A stretch of 64,000 nt of DNA from Ascidiella aspersa (GCA_963924565.1 OZ004610.1:16492001-16556000); one strand, 5' to 3'; positions 1 to 14,900 are shown, counted from the first letter of the stretch. Notes: generated by a model not told the origin, from the sequence alone. Translations and numbers: made by a program.

Positions 1-691
1 GGCTGACATTGTTTATTACTGCCTGGCTGAATGATGCAAACGCAATCACAACACAGTTCAGCTTACCTGTAAAGTAGTTTTTATGGAAGAGAATAGTTAA
101 ACTACTTTTCAATACTTAAAAGTTTGGTTAATTTTTATTGTCATGTGGTAAGTGTTTTTGTATTGTATTCAACAATAAACATAATAGAGTGATATTATTA
201 CGGCTAACTAATGAGGATTGAAGCTTGTTAAAAACAATAAATGACATATGCTTCCTAAGTCGTTTATTTACCATCAGCCTACGTATGATCGACCAGCATT
301 TGCTTTATGTACACAAAGTTTTTAAAATATTTTTTGACGTAGTGATATTGTTGCTGTTCGCAAAAGGACTATTACAAACATATGGTGCCTCGCATGACAT
401 ATGCTGTCCGTAAGTCCAGAAGCCTTCGATGCCACTATTATCTGTCGTTCTATCGAAAAAGCTCGCACTAACGCATTCAAAGAACCTGCGGGCAAGCTAG
501 TGTGCAGCAATCGGCCAACAGGCATTTATCAGGTGGCCGATAGCAAACTGCCTCGGTGACCAGCTGATCGGGGAACCTTTCTCTCTCTCACCAAAGAGAG
601 ATAAAGCGAAAGGCCAAAGAGATAGAAAAGAAAAAAGGCAGCGGATGTGCGTGAGACGAGCCTCTACCCGTCTACCGCCACTTTCGTCATT

Positions 692-726
692 TATAGTTTT
701 CCCGTCGTAGACGATTCAGTTCAGTC
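692..726 (+). promoter_or_regulatory. Candidate SoxC core promoter (TATA-like box plus Inr)
   Basis: TATA-like ttatag at ~691-696. Tandem Inr-like TCAGTT/TCAGTC at 716-726, ~26-31 nt downstream. GA-rich tracts at ~580-635. Motif-level inference only. Confidence 0.35.
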
Positions 727-1429
727 GTGATTAAATGTGCTACAGTAGTGTTATGGTGTACTAGCATCTTTTGGTTGCGCATATATAGCTATATATCTTA
801 CATACATTTCAATTTAGTACCGACTAACAACAAATTGTTTTGCCAACCGCTCTGTTTGATAAGAATCAATGCTATTATTTGAGTAAATCTTAAAGGCCAA
901 TAGTTTATGTTTGGTAATGAATATTAACAGGTTACGTACGAAGGATTAGTTGTTGAAAGATGATATATACTCTCTGTCTCTGACTGATTTAAGTTAGTTT
1001 TTTACGATTCTCGATGGGCACAGCACATCATCAAACGTTTTAGTGTTTACGTTTTTAAGTAATAGGTTACTGCTACGCGGAAATTGGCTTCGTGATGTGT
1101 TTTAATTGTTGTCGATCTGACGGCAGGATGTTACAAATGTTTTGACGCAGGGCTTGCGCAGCGGTATACATATATTAGTAAGTTTATTCAGTAGACTTAA
1201 GATAACATACATGTATTATTGGTACACTGCTGTCGTTATGTGATCGCAAAGGCTTAGTCTGACGTAGGTTTCCTGTTTATACTCCACACTCTAAACAGGG
1301 CATTTATTCTGTTTCCAGCGTATATTGTGTATATGTCATAGTAACCGCCCGCATAAATCTGACATTTAAGCTTTCTCCAAGAATTGCCATTTGAAGCAAC
1401 ACAGCAAAGCACCAACCCACACACGAAGT

Positions 1430-2953
1430 ATGTTAAGCCTAACGAGCGCGAGTACGTCGAGTGCCGAACCGATGTCCGCCGTATATATGAGTTTCGGTGC
1501 CCGCGAAAGGATGATCAAGCCGCCGGGGTCGCCGGATTCTGGCATGGGATACGACAGCGAAATGGATAATGAAGAGGAAGTGGCTGTCAACCGACGATTA
1601 AGTCAATCGCAAAAATCTTTATCGCATCTTCACGCATCGTCTCCTTCACCCACTCTTGAATGCATTAACTGTCCGGAGATGCAAGATGGCGAGCACGACG
1701 TGTTCGACGGAAGCGTGACGAAGGAAAACGAAGAAACGGCTCCCGAAGTGAAGCAGTTGGGCGAGTCAGCCGAAATTTCAACCTACACTTCTACTAACGA
1801 TAGAAAGATGGCAGAAATCTTGGCCGAGCTCAATAACCTGCCTGATACGAAAATAGAGTTACCTCCACCGTCAATCAGCAGTCAAAAGAAGCTGGCAGCC
1901 CGACCTGGCTACATTAAGCGCCCAATGAACGCCTTCATGATCTGGTCACAGATCCAGCGCCGGAAAATCATGGAGGAAACGCCAGACCTCCACAACGCCG
2001 AGATCAGTCGCAACCTCGGCAAGCTTTGGCGGGAGCAACCGGAGGACCTTAAAATGCCGTACATGATCGAAGCTGAACGACTCCGCCTGCAACACATGCG
2101 CGATCATCCCGACTACAAGTACAAGCCCAAGAAGAAAAACAAAGCTCAAGTGAAAAAGGGGGAGTTTGCTGAAGAATTAAACAGTCTCGTGAAAGCGACG
2201 GAGCCCGAGACGGCGGAAAGTCCGTCTCACCGTAAATCCCCCACGTACTCCCAGAAGCGTCCGCGTAAGCGGAAACTTACTTCGTTAACTGCGCGACAAT
2301 CCAAGAACAACAACAGCGCGGCCACGACGAGCAGCAGCAACAACAACAACGTTTTGATTGAGCCCAACCTCATGTCCAAAGCCATTTTCAATCCAATTCA
2401 GGTAGCTCTTACAAGTAACAACATGCAACAAAATGGTGCTATCGTATTTGACAATCCTACAGCAATGACCGTAAAAGTGGAGCCGACGGCGAGCAACACC
2501 ACGACCCTCACTTCGTCCTCCGCCAGTCGTAAGCGCGCCCGAACGAACTCCGAATCCATTGTCGAGAACCGCAACCAAGCCAACCACGTGGGATTGGTTC
2601 GAGGCACGTTAATAAACAACCAGTTCATTTTAGTACCTGGTACTTCGAACGGACCTGTGGATTGTACGAATATTGTTTCGACCTCGCCAACTCGCACCAG
2701 CAGGCCTGGGAGCGCTCCCCATCTAATCCCATCCCCTATTACCATACAAAACAATACCACCATACAAGGTTTCGTACCGATTGGCAGGATGACACGCCAG
2801 GATAGCAGCATTAGTATAGTCAACGGTGCCATGCAAGTTAACACCATCGCGTCCACCATCAAGACACCAACCACCACCGCAGCTCTAACCACGTGTGACA
2901 AACGAACGGAGTTGGAAACATTTGCCAGCGACTGCCTTCAGAATCAGATGAAG
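1430..2953 (+). CDS. SoxC: SoxC (Sox4/11/12) transcription factor, coding exon 1 with HMG box
   Basis: First in-frame ATG at 1430. HMG box [41 protein letters not shown]...[23 protein letters not shown] (~1907-2137) has SoxC-type WSQI-RRKIME and EAERLRL-HM. Exon ends at phase-0 donor AAG|gtaaga (2953/2954). Confidence 0.95.
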
Positions 2954-5900
2954 GTAAGAATACAAATGTCGATGTTGTTTAATATTTATAAATCCCTTAA
3001 CTACTGCTCAACGCTATATTAACACACATATGCGTCCAGCCTTATGAGAAAAAAATAGGGCGTAAGGCCAGGTGTGATTCGAACTTTGTCTCAGTTTTAT
3101 GTAAAAGGGCTAATGCGCGAGTTTCAGCGACATTTAGCGCACGCGGCCTGGTTGGCACCCAAGTTTTTTTAGCCAAGCTTGCATTTAAACAGCTGTCTGT
3201 CGCCAACGTTCGGTAATTAGTACTCCTCACTTTCACGTTCTGCAAAGCAGTGATTTATTGTTCGGACAACTTCGGCATGGAACTTTTGGATTTAAAAATA
3301 CGCCCAAAAATATTGATTATAGAAATCCCTTGTTTATAAATATTTGACTGTGCCGATTTAAGTGCTTCATCACGATAATTTTACTCACTTCAAACTCATT
3401 GCATCTCTAATGGGTTCACGGTTCACCACTGCCCGTTACGTATGACAACTATGCTGTTTTTTGTATAGCGCTAATAGGCGATTTTCGGAATATAATATTG
3501 CACCTTCGTTTAAGTGGCTTTTTATGTAACAGCAGGTCGTATAAATCGAGTTTGTGGAACCGGTTTATCCCGAAAAGCACTTTTTTATTATAATTGGAAA
3601 TCTGTTTTCACAATTCAACGCTCCAAGTCCTTTTCGAAAATCCATAATCAGATTAGCATATGCGTATACAACATGCGGCGCACCTATTCAAAATGACCTT
3701 AATCCGAAACCGGGTTAATTGTAAGGCTGCTGACATAACGCGAATGTGCAACCATTCAGATGTGATATCGAAAACAACGCTTCTTATTATCATTCTACAG
3801 TTACATTGTTTCCCTGTAGATATTTGCATGAAAGCAAATATATTGTTGCTGCGCACAATAATTAGGAATACATTTCAGTCTGTGTTACGTGTTTAGCTCT
3901 TACCAATGCAATACTGCTTTGTTTTCGTGAAACTAGAAGGAAGTTGCTTACATGATATGCTGGTTATGTTATTGATAAACGTATTTCACTCATGCCTAAA
4001 ATGAACATGTTGTGTCACTGTGGCCGTCGTAAGAAAAACAGTTTCGTCGACATCAGAAAGCCATTAACAAATAAACTTAGCTTTAGCTATTTTGGATCAA
4101 CATTTTAAAACATTACCAATACATACTAACGTACATCCGAGGTCGCCATCTTATTATTTGCTAGATTTATCTTATATTGCGATCAAGTCGTTTGGTACAC
4201 TCTGCGGTGATTTTTTCATTTTCTAACGATGACGATAAGCAAGCAGTATTTACGGAAGTTTCCAGTTTCGCCGGAGATGAAAGGCAATGATGGCTGTTCT
4301 CTGCCCTTCCAGCGAATTGCGTTTGGTCGTGTTAGGTGTCAATCTAAACGGGATGCTGTCCCTGCGATTTGCGGTAGCTGGCAATCAGCTAAGGCCATAA
4401 ATGGCGACCACAACGCCCTGTGCGGATTTCTCTTACTTGATTGGCCACTGCATTTCATGCTTTTTTCAAATTAAAAAAACGTATTTGGTTGATTGACATA
4501 CAAATCAATCGCTTCAACAAGGTTGCGGTTTCCGCTTTTACATAAGCCTAAATTTTGCTGCATGTTTGGCGTGACTCGCAATAAATAGGTAAAACTTATG
4601 TTTAACCAAGATAAACACTAGCGATTTGCATATAACTTTTGTCGCCGATTGCCGACGTGCACGCCTTCGGCATTTCAACCATATAAATTATTAATTACCG
4701 TTTAAGTCAATTTTGGAGATTCCCTGCGTTCAACCGGGAAAGGGGTGAAGTGAAAGTAATGGAATTTTCTGCTTCATCATTGCAAGGGTATTTTTCATTC
4801 AGCTAAACACGTTTTGCTGTGAACAATACTTCTGGGAAGTTCTAGGTATTGTTTAAAGTGGCCCGCGTATTCAACACACGCCACATTTTTGTGCAAGATT
4901 CACCAGCTTCTGCGCACGGTAAATCATTTTATATGCCTTATTGCTTCACCGAAGTGGACCAGCTCAGCTGTATATTGTGTCGGTGACCTGCTGTTTTAAT
5001 TTTAAAGATGTGCTATTTTTACCATTTAGGGTCAACTGTCTCGAGTTACCTAACATACGGCCGCTCGTCTAGCTATACGCCATTCGACCCTTTAGTCCTG
5101 ACACATTGTTTGTACTGCCAATTGTGTCGTCATAGCAGCAGACGCCATTTGGAATGCCTCATAAGTCCAACCATGTATTTCTGAGGAACGTTTTACTCTT
5201 TCGACTTGAAATCGTATTAGCCTACTTTGTGTCATTATTTTTTAAATTGTTGGAATTCCGCCACAATTAGGCTGAATCGCGATTGTTTAAAGGGAAATGG
5301 CACCATCTTTCTTGCTGCTGACTGTTTGGTTCCTTAGTAGGTCAGTTTAAGATTTCTGCCGCTGGAACGGGCATGTATGTCAAAGTCGCGGGATTTAATT
5401 AACTAAATATTTTTACGATCGGCTCATGATGGCTAACCCACCGCACCAGGAATAATTTAGCAACCCAAAGTTTGTCGGCTATTTTTTTCATTAAACACCT
5501 ACCAAATTTCCAAATTGTGGAAAAACACACTACTTTATTAACAAACACTTTAGTAATAAACATTGTTGTAGTTCGTAGCGAGAACCGACGCGTCAACAAG
5601 TTTGCTTTAGAGCAAATTTTAATATTCGCACAGAGACGATTCTCCTTACGTTTTGACGTCACATTCGCTGCTGGAGTACTAGTAAGAGGATCTGGCGAAT
5701 TCGTGCTACGTATTTCTAAATGCAATCGACAGGTCTACTGAAAAATTACATAAGGAAGTTTACATTTTTGCTGGCAACATCTCCAATCTTAAGGAATTTC
5801 TTGTCACATATCAATTGGTGTATATCTAGCCAATAGCTATTTTTCAAGTTGATAATTCTCCTAAAAGACCTAAATGTCCAGTTTTATTAGAAGTTTCAAA

Positions 5901-8900
5901 ACATATTTTTCCGTCGACAGTTTAGTGTTTACAACAAATATAGCCCTACTTGATAAGCAAACACCAGCGTTGACGTTTCGAGTTAGTCAGTCAGCAGTTG
6001 TATTCGTGATATGTCTCGGTGAAATACACACGCCTCCTCATTTCTTGTATGCGATCCAAATATCGGAACGCCTAAGCGCGCAGTATATTTTAAATTTTTT
6101 TCACCAATCGCTGCCATCATCTGTCCATTGCGTGACTTATTAGCGGTTTCGCTGCGTCTCGTGTATTTCCCTGAATTTGTCCTTGAACCATTCAACTACG
6201 AGAGATGGGACGTATTTTCTAGTGCTAGGCCATGCAAACTGGTTCGTGACAGCATCGTCGTTCTAGCCCAATAATAGCCCTGTTTAAGGTTCGGCGAAAC
6301 ACGCTTGTAATTTACTGACTTATGGTTTCAAATATGGCAATTCGTGATCAGCCATAATAGCAAGTTGTAAGACGCGATTACTGTTTAGCCTAAACCTACA
6401 CGGAGTAAACTGGGCAACGTTCGCACTCATACAGCCGTAGGCCAAGCTGTGTGTTAAGAGCTGCTTCTACGAAATGTTGTTTCCGTATTGTTTTACAGAC
6501 GTGGGCTTTCCAATAAAGGTTGATATGTCCATAAATTAAAAGGTAAAAAGTGTTTATTAATTCATTTTAAGCTTGTGATTTTTTAATGACGTTACAGTGC
6601 GGTACTACTATTTCTGTATATCGACCCTTCTCGAAATCTGAATCGCCCTAAATGTTTTGACCGGACTAACAATCATTATCCAAGAAAGAGTTCATCTGCA
6701 CTCGTTGTTGGCCAGTTGTTCGTAAAGGTTCAAACTACCGACGTAAACAAAACTGTGCACAGCGCAGCACATGTATGCTTCCCATCATTCACCCGTCGTT
6801 CGCAATATATTGATGGGCGAACTCGACGAACGTAAAGAGCAGGGTGAATGCGTGGTAGCCGCAGCGGCGCTTACTATAGATGCAACCAGGTCCTAGCGTT
6901 GTAGGCGTCATCCCATGCCCGCGACTTTCCGTAAACGCAAGTACGACCCAAACATGTTTACCGCCGCGCTGCTGCCCGTATCACGTGGTCAACATGGGCA
7001 AAAGCACTCACGAGTGTTTTCCACGCGTTTACGAGCAGTCCGCGAGTCCCAAGCAGCCTTGAAAGCCACTGTCAGGTCAACAAGTTCGCGTGCTCCCTCG
7101 CTATGTCTCGTTTGTGTTGGTTATATCGAGGTCAAAATTTTTCGATTGCGTTCAACGGTTGTGTGCTACGCAAAGCACTAGTATTAAACGATTCCCAAGT
7201 CGCTTTCTTGTAGCTCTATCATGGCAGGGGACGTCCCTCGTGGTGCAACAAACATTGGTGACCCCGCGTTAAGGTTGTCGATCAGTTGCGTGTCTTGTTT
7301 TTCTACTTTTCTAAAGATTTGAAAGGACGGCAACTAAAAACTTTTGCCTTATGGGCATTAGTTATCGTTCAAATAATTTTCTGGGCATATGCCATATAAA
7401 TTTGTATGGTGTCGCTAATCGCTGGAGTTGTTTCGTTCGTACTTGTTGTTATGCAAGATTTGTAGTAGTGACTGATGAGTCATCCAAAAACCAGACAAAC
7501 AACTTTATTGGATTCTCTCGCCACGAAGTAACCCACACAGCGAGTGCATTGCCCTTTGTTCCATGTTGTTCGCTCACCATAGTTTGTATTTTTGCCGTTG
7601 CTGTTTCCTCTCATGCATAACCTTCAGCGAAATTACAAAAAATCGAATGGGCGTTGACACGCACCCGGCATCATTAGCACTGTTCCGTTTTTGGAGGTGA
7701 TAAAACGCGACACTCAATGGCGACAGCGTTTGTCCAGGATAGGCGGGATAACAGAAACTTAGAAAGCGTTCCAAGCGAATTGAAAACAACCCATCCGATC
7801 GATTAGGTGTGAACTTTGACGATGCTTTTTGATGTTCCCCCAAAACACAAACGATGAGTAATCCACATTCAGGACGTCGTTTTTTATGTGTTCGATGGGC
7901 AACTACAGTAACGGTCGATCACGCATGACCTTTCCACGCACGTAATGGACTTGTGTATTTCAAGCTGGTCCACTTGTTGCCTACTTTTTAGTGTCACGCC
8001 TTGCGTTGGCAAACACTCGAACGTGTTGCGTTAATAAATCTTATGCAAAATAACTCTTCACGTGGCAACATTCCTTAGATTATTACCATTAAAAATCGGA
8101 TTGTTCGACTTACGTGTATTGAGCACAACTTACATAACTAAAATGAAAGTGGTCAGCGCACATTGTCACTATTATTAAAAACCTCGTTATCGAATCGCCC
8201 GATTACACAAAACAATGGTGCCTGGCTCCAGTTGGGCTACACGCAACGCGTTACAAGTCACATAACATTTTAAAAATACATTTGATGCTCCTTGCAGGAA
8301 AACTTATTGTTTTATATTTTTTAAACGTTTGAAGCAAACCGTATTGTATTCTACTCGACTCGATGCTTTAAGCTTCGTTCCCAACGCAATCCATAATTTT
8401 GTTAGGATTTTCTTTTAGATTTCGCTGCGGTTTCCTAAATGGCGAACTACTGTTTGTACTTTGACTTTGCCCAGAATCTTAATTTTCGTAATGGCGTAAG
8501 TTCTCAGTCATCGGAATACGTCATAAACGGAAACGCGTGGCTCGCGTGACGCGCTTCAAGGCGAAATGCAAACTAAACAGCACATAAAACGTGGAATACA
8601 ATAGTTGAGAAAAAAAGTCGTGATTATCCGCGCTTTAAACGTACCCCGGACAATACTAGTTGCACTGACGTAAATATTTGAAAATCGTTTAATACTTCAA
8701 TGAGTGTGTTTTTTTTTTAAAGGCTCCGAAACTTCAATGCACAGCAGAATCATTAGATGTATGTTGCACGAACCCATTGTTTTCCATAACAGGAAATCTA
8801 CCTTCTCCTTCGGTTTTACAATTTCCGCTGACTTGGTTGGATTTTTAAACAGCATCTTCGACAAAATCCATCAAATACGAAGCTGGTATTTTTAGCAGAA

Positions 8901-11900
8901 ACGCTTTTATTCTCCTTATCGTTTACCTCTGAATAGCCGTGGGCACAATAATTTGCGATAAAATTGTCTAGTGATTAGTTGGATTACAACCAGCTCTCGA
9001 CAATCCGGAGTCCCACTAGTTTTGCATTTTTACAACCTGAAGCAGTCGGTTTCTTCGCTGATTTTTTATTATTATATGATAATGCTTCTGCAGTTAGCGG
9101 CACAATATATCATTGTACATACTACATGATTTGCTACTTGCTTGTACCTGGTTGTTTTGTATTATGTTAGTCATATCCTTTTTTTATTACCGTTGAACAC
9201 AGAGTTGCGCCCAAGTAAGTTTACAATGTATTTGAAAGCGATGTTTGTGTTCGCCAATGATTCTTGGTGTCCTTGATCCAGGGCCCGTTACTCTCGGGCT
9301 GCAAACAACCACGGTTTGTTTAGCGGCTCTTACGCGGGCGCCGTGTATATGAGCATCTGGGTGGCAACGTGAGTCAGTTCCCAGTATTGGCGACGGCGCC
9401 GAGCTTTACTTGCCTCAGCCCGTTATTCGATCAAGGACCTTTCGCTTTGGAAAGGGTGCCGCGTGACGTTATTCAAGTGCCGCTTATTGTCGATCGAACA
9501 ATGGCCGGATTGGGAATTTTGCATGGCGACGAACAAATTGGACGGGAGAGCGGCACGGCCCGTTTTATATCTGCTTAAGCGACCTACATTTCCTATCAAC
9601 TGTGGCCTGGTTTGTTCTCAGAGTGCTAATACGCTTTATACAACGAATTTACAGTAATGGCTTAAAACGTCTTTTACGGTCTGCTGATTAGTACCGCCGC
9701 CTGCCAAACGGAGTATCGGTTGTTGCTTAGTCGTTGGGCCTTTTCACTGTTGCTGCGGAGATCTGGCAAGGCCGACGCCCACTTTCGCTGCAATGGTGAC
9801 GTCATAATCGGCAGCGGCAGGTGCCATATGCCCGTCGCCTGTGGCAACCGCTCGAGTCGAGCGATATCGGCACCTGCCTTTCGGGAGCTTTTAACGCTAA
9901 AAGACGTCCAACTCGCGCGTGACGGCGATTTGGCTTCTGGCTCTCTTTTTTGCGATGACGCTGCGACGCGCGTGCCAGGGTATCCAATGCGCGAAACTGC
10001 TTTGTCATCGCAAAGCAGCATGACCTCAATAAAATAATTTAATCGGTCGACACCGCTGTTAGCTTAATAAACATCGACGCACCGGGAACGGCTTACGTCC
10101 TAACAAACCTTTCAGCTTCTACTTCTCAGCAGACCGCCTTTTTAAGCAGTTAGCCAAGGATGCTCAATTCAAACGCTGAGGGGAATTGTAGGCGATGCTT
10201 ATTTGCTGGGCACTCACCCGATGGTTTCCTACAGACTGCTGTTCTCGCCGTGCAGTCGCATAGGAGATGCCGCGAAGTTGCTGATTGAAGCCGTTCGACT
10301 AGTTCGAATTTGGGTTGACGAGGCTTTCGCGACACTCGCCAAAACATTGCCCTAGCGCCGTCGAGTGATTTCAATAAATGCCGACACTCAACGAAATCCA
10401 TCATTGCGCGAAGTGCCCCCGTCGCATACTGCGTGATGCTGCCGTAAGACGATTCAGGCAGCAGTGGACGTTTAGGTTTCCGCGCTGCTATTTCCGTTGT
10501 CTGGGCCGCTGGATAAAAACCTCGCTTTGCTGCTGCGGTTGAAAGGCGAGTTTCACCTATCCATTGTCGCTGAAGGTGGCATTAAGTTCGTTTATGAGTT
10601 CGCTGTAGTCTGCTTAAACACAACCTAAAACGCGCTCATTAAGATCTTTTTCTATGCGGCGTTGCAGGTACATCCACAATTGGAAATTTGAATTCGTTCT
10701 TAACTTATCTCTTAAAACAGGTGGTGTCCTAAGACTTTGTGCTTGCTGGTTACATCATGTCGTATGCCCATCTCGTGTTTCTTGTAAAAGTTGTTATACA
10801 ATTTTCGCTTACCGTGAGAAACGGGACGCACTGGCGGCTGAGCTTCCCCGTGACTTCTTTACAGTTCGAAATATCACCGCAGCCTCTTTAGAGAGCCAGT
10901 CGCTCGCTTGTCCTTGTCTGCCTTTTAGACCGTAACACGGCGATTGGGTGCCGACGTCACCTAATTTGGCTCCACAAAATGTTTCCCGGCTTTGGCGCCA
11001 CCGGTTTACATCAGGATCAGATAACTCTTCACGTGACGTGTTCTGCTGGACAGATAGCGTCGCATGTCATCAAGCTAGCCCTTGTCGAACCTCAGTGGCG
11101 TATTTAAACTTTTGGTCTACGTAAATAAACGAACTGTCACAGCCATTTCTCAACAGGTCGCAACTTCCATCGCGTATTTGGTTAGATATGTACGATATAA
11201 ATAGGCACTCTGGTCGCGACTACCAGTCGGCTTATCTCGACAAGCAATTATAAGTTCGTGTTTCAAAGTGCCGGTAGGCGATCTGTTGAAAAGTGGTATA
11301 CATCAAACCGCCCAGTCGGAGTGCCGAAGCAATAACTGTTTTAACAGTTTGACATTTGGTTTGAGATTTTAAGCATACCAACATAAAGAGCATAACTGAA
11401 ATCCCATCGTTTAATTTCACCGTTTTTAAAACAGGGGCGTCGTCAATATTTAATTGCTTTCCTATGATATTATGCTTTTTATGCTTAACGATAGGCCAAC
11501 AAGGCATGACTATAGGTGTGAGGGAATTATTACTAAACCAGAAATCGATTTGTTAGTTTTGTTAGTGTGTCGTAAGGCTGTTCAGTTAGTTCGTTGCCGG
11601 CTTCACTTCGGGAGGATTATATTTCCTGCTTGTGTAGCTTTAAAGGAGCGGCGGATGTGCGCGGCGGTGTTGCCCTGATCGTCACTGCGGCATCTACCCT
11701 GTAATTAAAATCGCTTGTGCGGTTTCTTGTGAAAACGTCACTGCCGTGCTCGATTTGAAAGGTTTCCGGGCAATGGGCGTGAATCATCCGAAAAAAGTCT
11801 TCCTTGGTCCTGGGTTAAAAGTGAGCCGAGGGCGTTAACCGCATTAAACAGAACAAGTTTGTCGCGTTTTGGTACTCTTATAACGTCCAGCGTGCGCGGT

Positions 11901-14900
11901 GGTTTTGTGTTTTGATGATTCACTTGCGCGTGATTTCACATAACGCTGATTGTGACGAAGGCCGAAGTGCGTAATATGTAGATTCTAAGTTCATTCATGG
12001 ACACCAAATGGGAAAATTGTGGGTGTTGCCATTGCGTAAAGTCCAAATATAAAAATAAATCGTTTACAGCACATCACAATAAAAATTCTCGTTATAGCAG
12101 ATATCAAACTAGTACAACTAGTGGCAGGTACACAGCACACTCTAGTTTTAGCTGTAATTTTAATTTATTTTGAAATACATTTTTCGAACATTTTCTCGAA
12201 TCGATTTGAATATCCTTTGCGGTATTCAAACTCGTGACGATGCACCCCACGTTTGACTGAGGCATGGCATATAGGGGCGTGACGAACACCAGCCAATAAA
12301 ATCTGACCCACGCCCATTTGACGTCAGCAACAGTACGCGAGTCGAGCATATTACAGTCTTACAACTGCTAACTCCATCGCTGCTTTATGGCTGAATCATT
12401 ATACGCCACGCTTATAATCACTCGTCACGAGCGTTTATGTAACTAGACAAATATTTTTAAATAAATGATTCTAAAAATAAACTGCGATATTCCCCTTACA
12501 CTGGTTATAGGTCCTTTTAAGCTAATCGGTGAAATCGGTTTATATACATTGGAAATGAACGCAGGTCCTTCTTAATGCCTGCATCCTTTTCGAAATCGCC
12601 CATAAACCTCACTTCATTACATGTCGATTAAAACACTATCATTGGTTTCACAGGGTTGTGATCAGCTTTAAGCACTTAAAGTACAAAGTCAATTTTGTTG
12701 CGTAAACAATTGATAGTTCCATTTAAAGATTTTGAATTTTGTTGCCTATAGACCACCAGTATCAATACACCGATGATTTGTTGTGGTTTAACGTGCGAAG
12801 AAAAGTACTTGAGATCGCCCTATACTAGTTTGAACCTTTTTTTATATATACCGTTTTTTATACCGTATTCTGTGCAAGTTATATATGTTAGCATGACAAT
12901 GACAAGCAAATGTATGACTCAATGATACAAATTCATTGTTTACTGAATCATAAAAGCTCGAGCTTTCCGTTTACTGTAAAAACTATCGTTAATTGGCCCC
13001 CCACGCTTCTGGTGCAAGCAAGCGTGTAGCAATTTTCGAAAGCGAGCCAATTTTTCTTGGTGTCGTACAATTCATGTCAATTGCGACACTCAATGATTCA
13101 TCAGCCCCTCTTTCGCCAATAAAAGGTCGCCTAGGAAATCATTTTCGTCACGCAATGGAACACCTGCGTCCCGACTAAAACCTCTACTTTCGCGTCGTAA
13201 TGGCAACATAGAATTGAGTTAACTGGATTCGTATCCATTGTTAGGGGGCCTATCCAATGCGCCCCAATGGCCGGTTGTGATTTTGACAAGCTATTGTTGC
13301 GCGTGTCTCTGTAGCGCGTGGGTCGCTCATTTACCGTACATGTCGTTCCGCATCGCGGTTATTTCATAATAGCCACCGTTAAGCCATCGACGACGCGCTT
13401 GGAGCATGCGCTTCCTGTCTGCGTCCCACCGAAGTCAACCGCAAAATAAGGGTCCTTGGTTGTCCACCAGGTGAAACCGTTCCCCGGCTAGACGAAACCC
13501 GACGCCCTAGCACGTGGTCGCCCATAGCCTGATGCAATGTTTCAAATACATGTGCGCACGCGGGCGGCGTGTGTTTTATTTCATGGCCTTTGACACTTTA
13601 GCAATTCATGTGTGCGTTTTGATTAAAAGTAAATACATTTATAAAGAAGTTGACCTCCTTTTTTTTCTTTTTTTTATCGACATTCAACATGAAATGTAAT
13701 TGTGCTCAACTTTTTCTGTTTTGTTTCATGTTCTTCTCTCCCTGCTATACGACGACTCTGTTGACTACATTTTTACATCCTGTTCATCCGGATCGCTTGG
13801 CTTTTGGCATGTCACTCACAGGTAAGCCGATTAAACTTCGTAGCACCTTTTATGATCTCGAATCTAGATATTAATTTCGGCCGTCAAGCACATGTAGCGT
13901 CTTACGGGTAGCAACGAGACGTACGTAAATGTGTTTGCGGATCAAAAAGTTTATGAACTCGCGCCTTACCTCCGAGCCTACTCGGTTTTAAATAATGGAT
14001 GAGTCGACCGCACCGCATGGTCCCACACGTGTTTCGTTGGCCCGCGTGGTTGAACAAACGCTCGTGGTTCAGTTTCGCTGCTTTCCTTACGTTTGAAGTC
14101 AAGGGCCTCGCCTTCGCTAGGTGACATTTACAGCGTATTGTCGCGCGACATACTATTGTGATTCGTTGTCATAGTCACGCCCGTTTGAAACTCAATGCTC
14201 GGGTTTAGGGTGGCATACGTGACGTTCGCGTTTGTACTGCATGCACTTGCACTGCCATCCTCGGCACTTCCGCGCAAAACACGAAGAAACCACCCACCTG
14301 TGCAATAAACAAGCGCTCGTCAAAAAACAACCGATGCAACCAATAAGCTATAGAGAAATAGCGATATTGAGGTTGGGTCGTAAATGCGTGCTGGAAAGCT
14401 CAAACTAGCTTTGTTGTCACTGCCGCGTTATGATCTCACAGCGCACTGCGCCATATGGCAGGCGCTGCCGATTCCGTTTCTTGCTTTGTAGATTTCCTTA
14501 TTATCGCGTTCAGTCCATCTGTCGACGCGTATACACGACAGTAGTCAGTAATTCTGCAACCTGTGATCCTATACAAAATTAAATTTAGAAGGTTCACTGT
14601 TACTTGTAATTTATTTACGAACGTAGGAAGGTAAAAAAAAAAAAAAAAACTTTTTTGCAATTGTTTATAGTTTATTTTGAAATTTATTTGAATCGCCCTT
14701 TCGTTGGTTAGTATTCAGCTATGCCCTATGCAACAGTTGTTAAAATAAGGTGCTGTACCAACCAGACCGCGATTTGTGGTTTTAGTTCAATCCAAAACAA
14801 CGCTACGTTCAAAAAGCATTTCAACTTGTATTTCAACTATAAAGTAAGTCCGCACTTTCTGGTTATCGCCCCACCCAAGGGCAATTGACAGCTCACACAT

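Noticed and set aside
1391-3022. ORF-track 543-aa single-exon SoxC starting at TTG
   Set aside because: A eukaryotic start is the ATG at 1430, and the true C-terminus (TAD) is in exon 22518-22688 via a strong donor at 2954.
4350-4372. NRSE/REST-like gctgtcc site
   Set aside because: Only a half site; the GTGCTGAA half is absent.
7540-7575. gcgagtgcattg...tcgc hairpin with a miR-33-like seed
   Set aside because: Only 8 nt match miR-33 and the stem is too short for a pre-miRNA.
9369-10404. Overlapping 65-115 aa ORFs in a GC/CpG-rich part of the SoxC intron
   Set aside because: No recognisable domain; they are open on both strands as expected from GC content, with no consistent splice pattern.
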